Positions 15,869 through 23,934 of a stretch of 32,000 nucleotides of DNA are shown here, piece by piece. The translations under genes were made by a program, and so were the position numbers. Below the pieces are notes generated by a model that was given only the letters and a program-made list of their open reading frames with translations, was not told where the DNA came from and did no database searches. Numbering within the stretch: position 1 is the stretch's first letter; every line of letters begins with the position of its first letter. Source of the stretch: Candidatus Peribacter riflensis. Lineage in GTDB: Bacteria > Patescibacteriota > Gracilibacteria > Peribacterales > Peribacteraceae. The stretch covers positions 150,001 through 182,000 of the forward strand of contig CP013062.1 of assembly GCA_001430755.1 (NCBI GenBank), in the 5' to 3' direction.

Positions 15869-17296
15869 TCAGCTCCCGTACCGGCTGCGGAGCAGAACAT
15901 CCTGCCAGTTCATTTCGTAGAATTCCTTGGTCGCCGAAGTCTCCCGCGCTTTGTTCAGCCACTCCTGCCATCGTTCATCGGCTTGCGGCTGCGTGCTTTC
16001 TTCGAGGACAAGGCCGTACACATCACCCGAGAGCATTTTCAGCTCCAGCATGTCGATGCGCGAAGTCGGCAGCGCGGCCAGTCGCCGGTTCAGCCGGAAG
16101 ATCGCCTGCTCCACGGGGAACACGGTCGCCACGGCGTACATCCAGACAAACGCGACCACGATGAACTTCACCATGTCGGGTTTGCCCTTCTGAAAGAGCG
16201 CCGCAATCAACCGGACAAAGAGGAGGATCGAAAACAGCACGGTGTAGAGCGCGAAGAACTTTTCGTAGCTGAAGCCGTAGGTGTACACGTACATGCCCAT
16301 GCGGTTGGCTGCCGAGAACAGGAGCAGGAGCGACGCGACCATGAATACCATGAGGATGTGCTGCACGGGCCGGGCCGTCCGGCGGTAGTAAATGAGAAAG
16401 AGCAACGCGTTGATGCCGCTCAAGAAGAAGAGCTCCCAGAAGCCGTTTTTCACCAGCCGTTCCGTTTCGAGGAACTCCGTCGGAAGCGTCGGCACCCACA
16501 GGGAGGAGAGTTGCGTGAGGAGGAAGAGGATGTAGAGACCGAGCACGCCCCCCAGGACGATGCCGGAAATAACGCTGTCCATGGGCTTCATTTGCGTCGA
16601 TGCGAACGTTTCCTCCCGTGTCCAGCGGACGATGCCGGCGAGCAAGAGGAGCGTAAGCAGGACAAAAACGCCGAAGCGCACCAGTGTTTCCACAGAAATG
16701 ATTTTCAGCAACGGTTCGTAGACCTGCCGGACCAGTTCGGCAAAGCGCGCATCAGCGTCGGAGAGGAGCGGGATGAAGATGAGGCAGGCCACAACAGCAA
16801 AAATCACCACACCGATTGCGATGCGCTTGTGCAGGTCGGACCGCTTGTTGCCGGAGGGCAGAACGCTCCCGATGGTCAGTGACACGGCTGTTGCCAGCGC
16901 GCTCACGATCCCGACGAAACGTTCAACGATCCTCAGGAGCCAGCTGATATTCCACACGACGCTTTGGGAGTTGCGCGTCGAAGACACGATCCATGCGGCT
17001 GCGAAAAGCGTCGGCACGACCAGGCAGTTCACCAGTTTGATGTACGGGTTTTCGTACAGGGCATAGCTGACCGCAATCAATCCCAGCGGTATGAGAAAGA
17101 GCAGGTCCGCCCGTTGCCACGTTCGTTTTTCGGACGCGAAGGCATAGATCGCCATGGCGCCCACAATGAACACGGATATATTCCAGCCGAATGCCGAGAC
17201 GTCTTTCTCCCAGACATTCCACGCGGTCAGCACCCAGAAGAGGGAGAGCGCCAGCGCACCGTAGACGGTCATTCTTTTCCGCCAAGAAGCATCCAT
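15869..17296 (-). CDS. polytopic membrane protein (475 aa; DUF4153/DUF4173-like is my guess)
   Basis: Many hydrophobic helices. The ORF track extends it to 17644, but that extension reads through tRNA-Gln. The first ATG downstream of the tRNA is at 17296 (MDASWRKRMTVYG...). Confidence 0.8.
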   Translation of the reverse strand: MDASWRKRMTVYGALALSLFWVLTAWNVWEKDVSAFGWNISVFIVGAMAIYAFASEKRTWQRADLLFLIPLGLIAVSYALYENPYIKLVNCLVVPTLFAAAWIVSSTRNSQSVVWNISWLLRIVERFVGIVSALATAVSLTIGSVLPSGNKRSDLHKRIAIGVVIFAVVACLIFIPLLSDADARFAELVRQVYEPLLKIISVETLVRFGVFVLLTLLLLAGIVRWTREETFASTQMKPMDSVISGIVLGGVLGLYILFLLTQLSSLWVPTLPTEFLETERLVKNGFWELFFLSGINALLFLIYYRRTARPVQHILMVFMVASLLLLFSAANRMGMYVYTYGFSYEKFFALYTVLFSILLFVRLIAALFQKGKPDMVKFIVVAFVWMYAVATVFPVEQAIFRLNRRLAALPTSRIDMLELKMLSGDVYGLVLEESTQPQADERWQEWLNKARETSATKEFYEMNWQDVLLRSRYGS

Positions 17297-17384
17297 GGAG
17301 AGGGAAGGAAAGAAGTCCGATGGTAGCAGCGTTGGAGGTGTGGTGCTATGTAGTTCCCGAGCGGGAACGAGGAACGAAGCCGGA

Positions 17385-17459
17385 TGGCTGGGGAGGAGGG
17401 ATTCGAACCCCCGAATGCCTGCTCCAGAGGCAGGTGCCTTACCACTTGGCGACTCCCCA
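17385..17459 (-). tRNA. tRNA-Gln (anticodon CTG), CCA encoded
   Basis: The minus strand reads TGGGGAG-TC-GCCAAGTGGTAAGGC-A-CCTGC-CTCTGGA-GCAGG-CATTC-GGGGG-TTCGAAT-CCCTC-CTCCCCA-G-CCA. This is the same architecture as E. coli tRNA-Gln, including the U1-A72 pair. Confidence 0.93.
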
Positions 17460-17526
17460 ACGTGAAACGATGATAGCAGGAATGGGCTCTCGCCCGCCGT
17501 AGTCCCGCGAAGCGGGCGAAGGTGGG

Positions 17527-17537
17527 CTCCCCAACGT
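17527..17537 (-). repeat. 11-nt repeat of the tRNA-Gln 5' junction
   Basis: CTCCCCAACGT at 17527-17537 equals 17453-17463, which comprises tRNA positions 1-7 plus 4 upstream nt. The spacing is 74 nt. Confidence 0.7.
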
Positions 17538-17656
17538 ATGCAGGAGGATAGCAAAGCCTGCTCTGTGTGGAAACGACTCATAGGTTTTTCTTCCCGGCTT
17601 GTTTTCTTCAGAGCTGAGACAGGATCTCTTTCATCCGTTCCCACGCCGCATTCCGC

Positions 17657-17983
17657 TCACAACCCGCACACCTCGGTCATGGGTTCGCAGCTGGCGGCCG
17701 TTGCAATGCAACCGGTCTTCTCGCTCGTCCACTGCGCGCACGCTTCCATGCACGAGTCGCGGCCCTGCTGAAACAGCGTCTCGCCGGCTCCCGGCACCAG
17801 TGTCAGGCACTTGTTCACGTAGTTTTCGCACGCCGCCGCGCAGGTATTGCCTGCCGCAGGCTCGTTGACGCGGATCACCGATCCCGACAGGGCGTCGTTT
17901 TCAACGTCCTGCGGCTGCCCGCCGCATCCTGCCAGCACGAGGCAGGTGAGGAGCAGTGAAGAACATGCCGTGAGTGGTTTCAT
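17657..17983 (-). CDS. Cys-rich lipoprotein (108 aa)
   Basis: MKPLTACSSLLLTCLVLAGC lipobox, with nine further Cys residues in the mature part. I recognised no family. Confidence 0.7.
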   Translation of the reverse strand: MKPLTACSSLLLTCLVLAGCGGQPQDVENDALSGSVIRVNEPAAGNTCAAACENYVNKCLTLVPGAGETLFQQGRDSCMEACAQWTSEKTGCIATAASCEPMTEVCGL

Positions 17984-18037
17984 GGGATTCAAGGGGAAAA
18001 TCCCCGGTACCCTAGCAGACGCTCTCGGCCCGACCAA

Positions 18038-18094
18038 TCATTTTGCCCGTTCGCCCGCGAGCACCGTCGCCGCATCCACCCACCCGTCCAATTC
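18038..18094 (-). pseudogene. orphaned 3' fragment of the M23 peptidase gene (displaced original C-terminus)
   Basis: The minus strand reads ELDGWVDAATVLAGERAK*. Its first 10.7 codons are identical in DNA to the end of the intact gene (18755-18786). An in-frame TAG lies immediately upstream of the fragment. Confidence 0.7.
18063..18094. repeat. 32-bp direct repeat, copy 1 (att-like)
   Basis: ACCGTCGCCGCATCCACCCACCCGTCCAATTC is identical to 18755-18786. Confidence 0.95.
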
Positions 18095-18754
18095 GTTCTA
18101 GAGTGCCTTCAAAAAGGGGATAAGACGCCTTGCGGGAGCTCAAGGAAAAGATATACAATGTGCACGTATCCATACGAATTGGGATCCGAACGGCCCCGTG
18201 CCTAAGGAGCCCTTTTCTTTAAGGTAAATGCAATTTTGGCTTGGATGCCGGGGTTTTCCAGATAATCAAATAATTCCGATCCGAGTTTGCTATACAGAGA
18301 GGAGGCAAATTTTCTATCCGGAAAAAGTAATTTCTTGAACATTCCTTTCTGAATCAGAAAATCAACAACTTTTTTATAATCGCCGTCACCTGAAACAAGG
18401 AGCACCTTATTGAAATCTTTTCTCTCAATGATTGTTTTCATGATTTCAAAAACGATATCGGTATCGACATTGCCTTTCTTGGTGCCTTTCAGGGTGGAGA
18501 TATGTTCTTTGAACAGGACGATGAAGCCTGCCTTTTGCAGATTGCTGTAGAGACTCTGTTGTTCTTCCGAAACGTAACCGAGAAAATAGTAGGCCTCATC
18601 CACCTGATATTTATCCTTCAGATATATCCTGAATTTCGCATGGTCGACCTTCCAGCCGTTCTGCGTAGTGCCGAGGTGTAGGTTTTGCCCGTCAATGAAC
18701 GCAAGATTCGATTCCTTCTCCATGCGGGGATTTTATCACACTGTCACGCCGGGA
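18095..18754. mobile_element. 660-bp AT-rich insertion carrying only an NYN-domain gene, bounded by 32-bp direct repeats
   Basis: Perfect direct repeats flank it. Composition shifts sharply by eye. The target gene's 3' end was replaced and the displaced tail is retained. No recombinase is present. Confidence 0.6.
18202..18723 (-). CDS. NYN-domain (LabA/DUF88-like, PIN-like fold) putative RNase
   Basis: LAFIDGQNL, KGNVDTDI and LLVSGDGDY match the acidic motifs of NYN/LabA domains. TGATAAAAT lies 6 nt upstream of the ATG. Confidence 0.88.
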   Translation of the reverse strand: MEKESNLAFIDGQNLHLGTTQNGWKVDHAKFRIYLKDKYQVDEAYYFLGYVSEEQQSLYSNLQKAGFIVLFKEHISTLKGTKKGNVDTDIVFEIMKTIIERKDFNKVLLVSGDGDYKKVVDFLIQKGMFKKLLFPDRKFASSLYSKLGSELFDYLENPGIQAKIAFTLKKRAP

Positions 18755-19368
18755 ACCGTCGCCGCATCCACCCACCCGTCCAATTCCTCTTTCGTCTGCA
18801 CATAGCCCTCGAGCTCCCTGTCCGCTCCGCGGTGAATGGCAAAGTGCAGGTGCGGGCGTTCGCCATCCGTTTCTGTGCTGAAGCCCGTTCCCAAGACCCC
18901 GATCCGCTCACCAGCGGCAAGTTCCTGCTCAATCTTCGCATCCACGGACGCGAGTGAAAGGTGACCGTAGAGCACCGTGACGGGTGAGCCATTCAGGGTA
19001 CAGCGCTGGATCACCACGCCTCCATATCCCTTCACCCATTGACGATAGATCACTCTGCCGATGCAGGCGGCACGCACGGCTACGTCATGCTCCGTCTCGC
19101 CCGGATTGAGTTCAAAGTCCGTTCCCGTGTGGTAGCCCTTGAACTTCTCCGGCTGCACGGGGGAATCCGCCGGCGTGATGAAGATAGAGAAGGGCTTTTT
19201 GGTCACGCGCTCGTCTGCGCGATCGATGGGGTCGTTCCATATCTTCTGCTCCTCTGTCACGAAAGACTGCGATCCGTCTGAGTCATCCTGAGCGACGGGT
19301 TTCGTCGGGGCGGACTCGCAGGCTGCGAGGAGGAAGCAGAGTCCGAGGAGGGCGAAGCGCAGTCGCAT
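18736..19368 (-). CDS. M23-family (LytM-type) metallopeptidase lipoprotein
   Basis: MRLRFALLGLCFLLAAC lipobox. The HxxxD motif appears as YHTGTDF, together with GYGGVVI and the HxH motif PHLHFAIH. The last 5 codons plus the stop are supplied by the inserted cassette. Confidence 0.9.
   Translation of the reverse strand: MRLRFALLGLCFLLAACESAPTKPVAQDDSDGSQSFVTEEQKIWNDPIDRADERVTKKPFSIFITPADSPVQPEKFKGYHTGTDFELNPGETEHDVAVRAACIGRVIYRQWVKGYGGVVIQRCTLNGSPVTVLYGHLSLASVDAKIEQELAAGERIGVLGTGFSTETDGERPHLHFAIHRGADRELEGYVQTKEELDGWVDAATVPGVTV
18755..18786. repeat. 32-bp direct repeat, copy 2 (inside the 3' end of the M23 peptidase gene)
   Basis: Identical to 18063-18094. Confidence 0.95.
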
Positions 19369-19372
19369 GCAC

Positions 19373-20392
19373 TTATTCTACCGTCAGATGCCCGCGCAGG
19401 AACGCGGTCGTCCGCTTCATAAAATCCTCCCACTTTGGAATGAATTCGTGCTTCTCGCCTTCGTACGAGACATAGGTGACGTCTTTGTTCAGTGCTTTCA
19501 ACTGCGCATCGAGAAAATCGGACCACTCCGGCGGCACGTCCGCGTCTTTGGTGCCCTGAAAGAGCAGCACGGGTGCAGTGATGTTTTTGAGTGAGGTGAG
19601 GGATGAAAGGGCATCCCACGCTTCCGGATTCTCCTCCCGCGTGCCGAGGACAGCGAGCGTGCGATCTTTGTCGTCCCGCTTCGATCTCCAGCGCGCAAAA
19701 TTCTCCCACGCGTCACTGTGCACGGGGGCGTACAGGACGAACGCGCTCACGAGATCGGGCCGCGCGACGGCGATGTTGAGTGAGACCCCGCCGCCGAGCG
19801 AGTGGCCCAGCATGCCCACCCGCTTCGCATCCACCTGCGGAAGATCGGCAGCCCGCACGGCATTGATCGCATTGGCGCTATCCATGGCGTACTCCAGCCC
19901 GGCGTCGTAGACCTCGCGCACGTCGGGGCTTGCGTCCGACAGGGCGTGCCCGCGGTAGTCGGTGTGGAGCACGGCGAAGCCCTGTCGTGCCAGATAGTCC
20001 TGCTCGCGCTTGAGGCCCCGGCCGCGGGTGTAGACCGAGGGCGCGATGTACCCGTGATTGAGAATGACGAGCGGAAAAGGCCCCGTACCTTTCGGGATAT
20101 TCATGATCCCGCTGATGAGAAGGCCGTTACTCCGGTATGTGATCGCGTAGCGCGTGTAGGCGGCGTTCTCTTCCAAAATATCGCCGAGGGTGAAGTCGGT
20201 TCCTTCCAGTCGCATTTGGGCGAAGTGCGCGATCGAGAGTTCTGCAGGCACCTGTTCCAGCACTCCGGCTTGTTCCCGTGAAGTGACGGATGCGCTGCCG
20301 GTCAGGGTGGAGGATCCCGCCGAAGGCGAGACGCAGGCCGTGAGAAGCAGGCAGAGGCCGAGGAGAGCGGAAGGGGATCGCACGGATTTCAT
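19373..20392 (-). CDS. alpha/beta hydrolase lipoprotein (S9 prolyl-oligopeptidase / dienelactone-hydrolase-like)
   Basis: MKSVRSPSALLGLCLLLTAC lipobox, GHSLGGG nucleophile elbow, and a C-terminal PVLLFQGTKDADVP...H pattern. The track start at 20440 is TTG, so the ATG at 20392 is preferred. Confidence 0.88.
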   Translation of the reverse strand: MKSVRSPSALLGLCLLLTACVSPSAGSSTLTGSASVTSREQAGVLEQVPAELSIAHFAQMRLEGTDFTLGDILEENAAYTRYAITYRSNGLLISGIMNIPKGTGPFPLVILNHGYIAPSVYTRGRGLKREQDYLARQGFAVLHTDYRGHALSDASPDVREVYDAGLEYAMDSANAINAVRAADLPQVDAKRVGMLGHSLGGGVSLNIAVARPDLVSAFVLYAPVHSDAWENFARWRSKRDDKDRTLAVLGTREENPEAWDALSSLTSLKNITAPVLLFQGTKDADVPPEWSDFLDAQLKALNKDVTYVSYEGEKHEFIPKWEDFMKRTTAFLRGHLTVE

Positions 20393-20470
20393 TCTATTCC
20401 CCCGGTATCCGGAAAGAGATGTATTAATGAAAATGCACAAAAGATATATTTTACAGCGTTTCGCTGAATA

Positions 20471-20499
20471 TTTACATTTTTACCATAAAATGTTATAAT
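20471..20499 (+). promoter_or_regulatory. strong sigma70-type promoter: TTTACA, 17-nt spacer, TGTTATAAT (extended -10)
   Basis: Read directly in the AT-rich divergent intergenic region, about 30 nt upstream of the 20530 ATG. Confidence 0.6.
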
Positions 20500-20529
20500 A
20501 CTTACAATCTTATTCTTACCCAAATACAC

Positions 20530-22506
20530 ATGAATCACCGCATGCGAACGATAGCGCTTCTCAGCGTGCTCGTTGGTTGTACTGCTCTGTTCGGAATGTT
20601 CCGGGCTACCGATAGTCAACGTTTGCGATCGCAAATGGTGGAGCCTGGTTCAGGTCCTCAACTCCCCCCCGTTTCTCTGCCACCGTGCGACGATTCCGAT
20701 GGAGAGAATTTCTATAACCCCGGGTTCGTCTCTGGGACGCAGATCTCTCAATGGGATGCGCAGCAGTTCAGGAGCGTACCGGTGTCAGTCGTGCGCGACT
20801 ACTGCGAAGGCAGCATTCTCAAAGAAGCTCGCTGTGCAGAAACATGCAGAGAAGGTGCAACGGTCATGTGCAATTACTTCACCACCTTCGATTGTCCCAA
20901 TGGTTGTGAGAATGGCGCATGCAAGCGCGATTCCGCATCCTCTTCCTCGTCGTCCGCTTTGGCCCGATGCGGGAACAGGATCCGCGAATCCGGTGAGGAT
21001 TGTGACGATGGTAATACCCAAAATGGGGATTACTGCACGTCGCAGTGTAAACTCTGCCCCGCCTTTTCTGCTCCATACTGTCCCGATGGAACGCTCGTCG
21101 GCGGGACGGAGCTGGATGAGCGTGGCTGCCGTACGTCAGTGATCTGTGTGCGATCCTCCTCTTCTATGGCCTCTGAGACCTGCGCGAAGGACGGCCAGAG
21201 AGTCTACGGCTCCACACAGTTCGGTCCCACGATGTGCTGCAGCAAGAACGCAGGGATCATGCCGAATGCGTATCTTGCAGGTGATCAGTGCGTCGCCACG
21301 AGCGATGGCTCCAAAGGCACCTGCATCGACGGCTGGTGGAAGTCTTGCGGCGATGGTACGTGCGGAGAAAAGGAAAACAAATGCAGCTGCCCGCGGGATT
21401 GTTCCGTCTGCATCAAGGAAGGTGAAAAAAGTGCCTCCACCCCATTCGATCCTCCTTGTTGTTACGGTTTGACCAGCGTGAATCCGGGCAATGCCCCCCA
21501 GGCGGACGGCTCTTGCCCGACGGAGCTCCCTGTCGGTGCCAAGCTGTGCACAAATTGTGGCAATGGTACGTGTGAGCCGTGGGAGAACAAGTGTTCCTGC
21601 CCGCGGGATTGCACTGCGACCACCTGTGGAAATAAGCGTATCGATACGGACGAAGAGTGTGATCCCTCTGCAGAGAGCTATGCCCCGCAGTGCGGACCGA
21701 ATGGCCAATGCAACAAAGACTGCAAGTGCCTCTATTTCTTCCCGCAGCCTCCCCCCCCGCCTCCGGTTACGACGGAATGCGGCAATGGTGTTCTTGATAC
21801 CGTTGAGCAGTGTGATCCATCCGCTCCGGATGGGACTGTAGCCTGCAAGAGTGATCAAAAATGCGGCAGGAGCTGCAAGTGCGTTTCCTTTTCCACTTCC
21901 TCAGCAGGACAGAGTTTCAGCACTCCACCGGCCGGATTCGAGGATGAGGTACAGACCAATCCCGTCGAGACCCGGCACAACTGGTTTTCTGATGTCAGTC
22001 TCGAAGATGAGGTGGGTCAAGCCGCCAATTTCCTTGCCGACAAGGGCGTTATCGGCGGCTACCAGGATGGGACGTTCCGGCCGGAGAAGACCGTCAATCG
22101 CGCCGAGGCCGCCAAGTTCCTTCTCCTTGCGCGGTACGGGTCCGTCACTTCCCAGGAAGGCGTCTCGCCGTTCCGCGATGCGGTTGCCGGACAGTGGTAT
22201 GTGCCCTTCATCATCCGGGCGGCTGAAACTGGCATCATCGGCGGTTATGCGGACGGGACCTTCCGTCCGGCGAATATGGTGAACACGGCAGAATTCCTCA
22301 AGATGCTTTCGATCACTTTTAAGCTTTCTCAAAACGAGCAGCACAATTTCAGTGATGTCTCTGCAGAGGACTGGTTCGCACCGTATGTCGGTTCCGCGTT
22401 TGTCTACAAACTCTTCCCCGACAGGGGGCTTTCGCTCGAGCCGCAGCGTCTTCTCACACGGGGTGAGGTGGCCATTGCCATCGCGAGGATCCTGCAGACA
22501 CGATGA
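20530..22506 (+). CDS. secreted Cys-rich repeat protein with three C-terminal SLH domains
   Basis: A signal or anchor segment is followed by CGNRIRESGEDCDDGNTQNGDYCTSQC. The motifs CGDGTCGEKENKCSCPRDC and CGNGTCEPWENKCSCPRDC are duplicated, and further ECD-type repeats and a poly-Pro stretch are present. Three SLH repeats close the protein (GGYQDGTFRPEKTVNRAEAAKFL; GGYADGTFRPANMVNTAEFLKML; LLTRGEVAIAIARIL). Confidence 0.9.
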   Translation: MNHRMRTIALLSVLVGCTALFGMFRATDSQRLRSQMVEPGSGPQLPPVSLPPCDDSDGENFYNPGFVSGTQISQWDAQQFRSVPVSVVRDYCEGSILKEARCAETCREGATVMCNYFTTFDCPNGCENGACKRDSASSSSSSALARCGNRIRESGEDCDDGNTQNGDYCTSQCKLCPAFSAPYCPDGTLVGGTELDERGCRTSVICVRSSSSMASETCAKDGQRVYGSTQFGPTMCCSKNAGIMPNAYLAGDQCVATSDGSKGTCIDGWWKSCGDGTCGEKENKCSCPRDCSVCIKEGEKSASTPFDPPCCYGLTSVNPGNAPQADGSCPTELPVGAKLCTNCGNGTCEPWENKCSCPRDCTATTCGNKRIDTDEECDPSAESYAPQCGPNGQCNKDCKCLYFFPQPPPPPPVTTECGNGVLDTVEQCDPSAPDGTVACKSDQKCGRSCKCVSFSTSSAGQSFSTPPAGFEDEVQTNPVETRHNWFSDVSLEDEVGQAANFLADKGVIGGYQDGTFRPEKTVNRAEAAKFLLLARYGSVTSQEGVSPFRDAVAGQWYVPFIIRAAETGIIGGYADGTFRPANMVNTAEFLKMLSITFKLSQNEQHNFSDVSAEDWFAPYVGSAFVYKLFPDRGLSLEPQRLLTRGEVAIAIARILQTR

Positions 22507-22524
22507 AGATCAAGGCACATGAAG

Positions 22525-22552
22525 AAGCCGGCTCAGATGGGCCGGCTTTTTT
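22525..22552 (+). terminator. rho-independent terminator between convergent genes
   Basis: AAGCCGGC-tcagatgg-GCCGGCTT followed by TTTT, with an A-rich sequence on the 5' side, so it may work in both directions. Confidence 0.75.
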
Positions 22553-22569
22553 CAATGCCAGAAAGCTCA

Positions 22570-23172
22570 TCACTCTTTCACCATCCACTGATACAGGTAC
22601 ACCGCGGCGACGGCGCCGACGAACGGGCCGATCAGGTACGAGAGCGAAATCGAGCGGATGCCGATGGCCACGGCGGGGTTCAGCACGCCGTTGCTCATGA
22701 GCGAGGCCAGCAAAATACCCAGTAAAAGCGAGCTGCCGATGGTCAGGCCCCCTGCGGCGGATTGCACTTTGCCATGGACGACTGCGGCGATGCCGAGCAG
22801 CAGGAAGAACGCACCCATCGCTTCGGCGAAGGCGATGCCCCAGCCCGGAGTCACCGAAACGAGCGGCAGGCCGCCCAGCAGGTACTGAAAGAGGAACTGT
22901 GCGGCGACGGCCCCGACGATCTGTGCGGCGATGTACGCCAGTGCCTCGGGGGTCTTCATTTTGCGGATGCTCCAGAGAGCCACCGTGACGGCGGGGTTCA
23001 CATGGGCGCCGCTGACGGGCCCGATGATGTACACCGCGAGCATGAGGACTAAGGCAGCGACGAAGGGAGTGGCGGTCTGCTGCTGCAGAGAGCCCAAGAC
23101 AGCAAACGTCAGCGTTGCGGTCCCGAGGAGTTCCGCGACGTACTTGCGCCAGTGAAGGGGAGAGAGAGCCAT
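22570..23172 (-). CDS. MIP-family channel (aquaporin/glycerol facilitator type)
   Basis: Two NPA boxes (HVNPAVT and LNPAVAIG) and six hydrophobic helices. The track start at 23229 is TTG, so the ATG at 23172 is preferred. Confidence 0.92.
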   Translation of the reverse strand: MALSPLHWRKYVAELLGTATLTFAVLGSLQQQTATPFVAALVLMLAVYIIGPVSGAHVNPAVTVALWSIRKMKTPEALAYIAAQIVGAVAAQFLFQYLLGGLPLVSVTPGWGIAFAEAMGAFFLLLGIAAVVHGKVQSAAGGLTIGSSLLLGILLASLMSNGVLNPAVAIGIRSISLSYLIGPFVGAVAAVYLYQWMVKE

Positions 23173-23319
23173 AGACGAAGAAGGGGAAGAATTGCTGTCT
23201 ACCGTACGTGTTTTGTATTTTCCTGCCAATTGCGCTCTTTCAACGGATATGTCGGTACAGCTGCTTGGATCATGCCGTTTCTATGGCGTGATCACCGGTG
23301 GGTGCCCGTGCCTGCATCA

Positions 23320-23787
23320 TCACTCCTGCTCTACGCCTTCGTATCTTGCCAGGCTGACAAAGGACGGCTCGAGAACACGGTGGATTCCGTTGCGCTCGCG
23401 CTCCTGCGCGCAGTTGATGCACAGCGTCGTATCGGGCACGGCCTCCAGCCGCGTCACGGGAATGGCAGAATCGCACCCTTCACAGATGCCGTACACGCCA
23501 TCCCGCATCCTCTGTCTGGCTGCCTGAATACGTGCGATCGAGGCAAGGAGCGATTCGAGTGTGGTGGCCTGATCCTGTACGACCTCTTCGGTTTGTGCGG
23601 CATCGCAGAGCTCTCCGCCGGCAGTCGCAGCGGCCGAGAGGCCCGAGCGTGCCCCCCGGATCAAGCGCTCGGAATGCTCGACGAGTTTTGCCTCCAGCTC
23701 CTGCTGCGTGGCTGGCCAGTTTTTTCCTCTGCGCTGAGGCAGAGAGAATGTTCGTTCGGAAGGGGAGGAGAGTGATCTCTTCGCCAT
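23320..23787 (-). CDS. DksA/TraR-family C4 zinc-finger protein
   Basis: CEGC-x17-CINC zinc finger preceded by a predicted long helical region, as in the DksA/TraR family. Confidence 0.85.
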   Translation of the reverse strand: MAKRSLSSPSERTFSLPQRRGKNWPATQQELEAKLVEHSERLIRGARSGLSAAATAGGELCDAAQTEEVVQDQATTLESLLASIARIQAARQRMRDGVYGICEGCDSAIPVTRLEAVPDTTLCINCAQERERNGIHRVLEPSFVSLARYEGVEQE

Positions 23788-23934
23788 GGCAGAGTGGGAA
23801 AGGCGCTGATTATTTCCCTTTCGGGCCCACTGTCAATGCACCTGCGGTCTTTTCTTCCGCCACCTCTGCGATCGCTTCGTCGCAGCCAGAGTGGGGCAGG
23901 TTTCCCTTCCTCCCGCGCATGGGGGCGGAGTAGC

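Noticed and set aside
17297-17644. N-terminal 116-aa extension of the 15869-17644 ORF, and similarly the 5265-5447 part of the 4854-5447 ORF and the 5349-5633 part of the 5349-6044 ORF
   Set aside because: The extensions read straight through tRNA-Gln and tRNA-Arg respectively. The CDSs were trimmed to the first plausible start beyond each tRNA.
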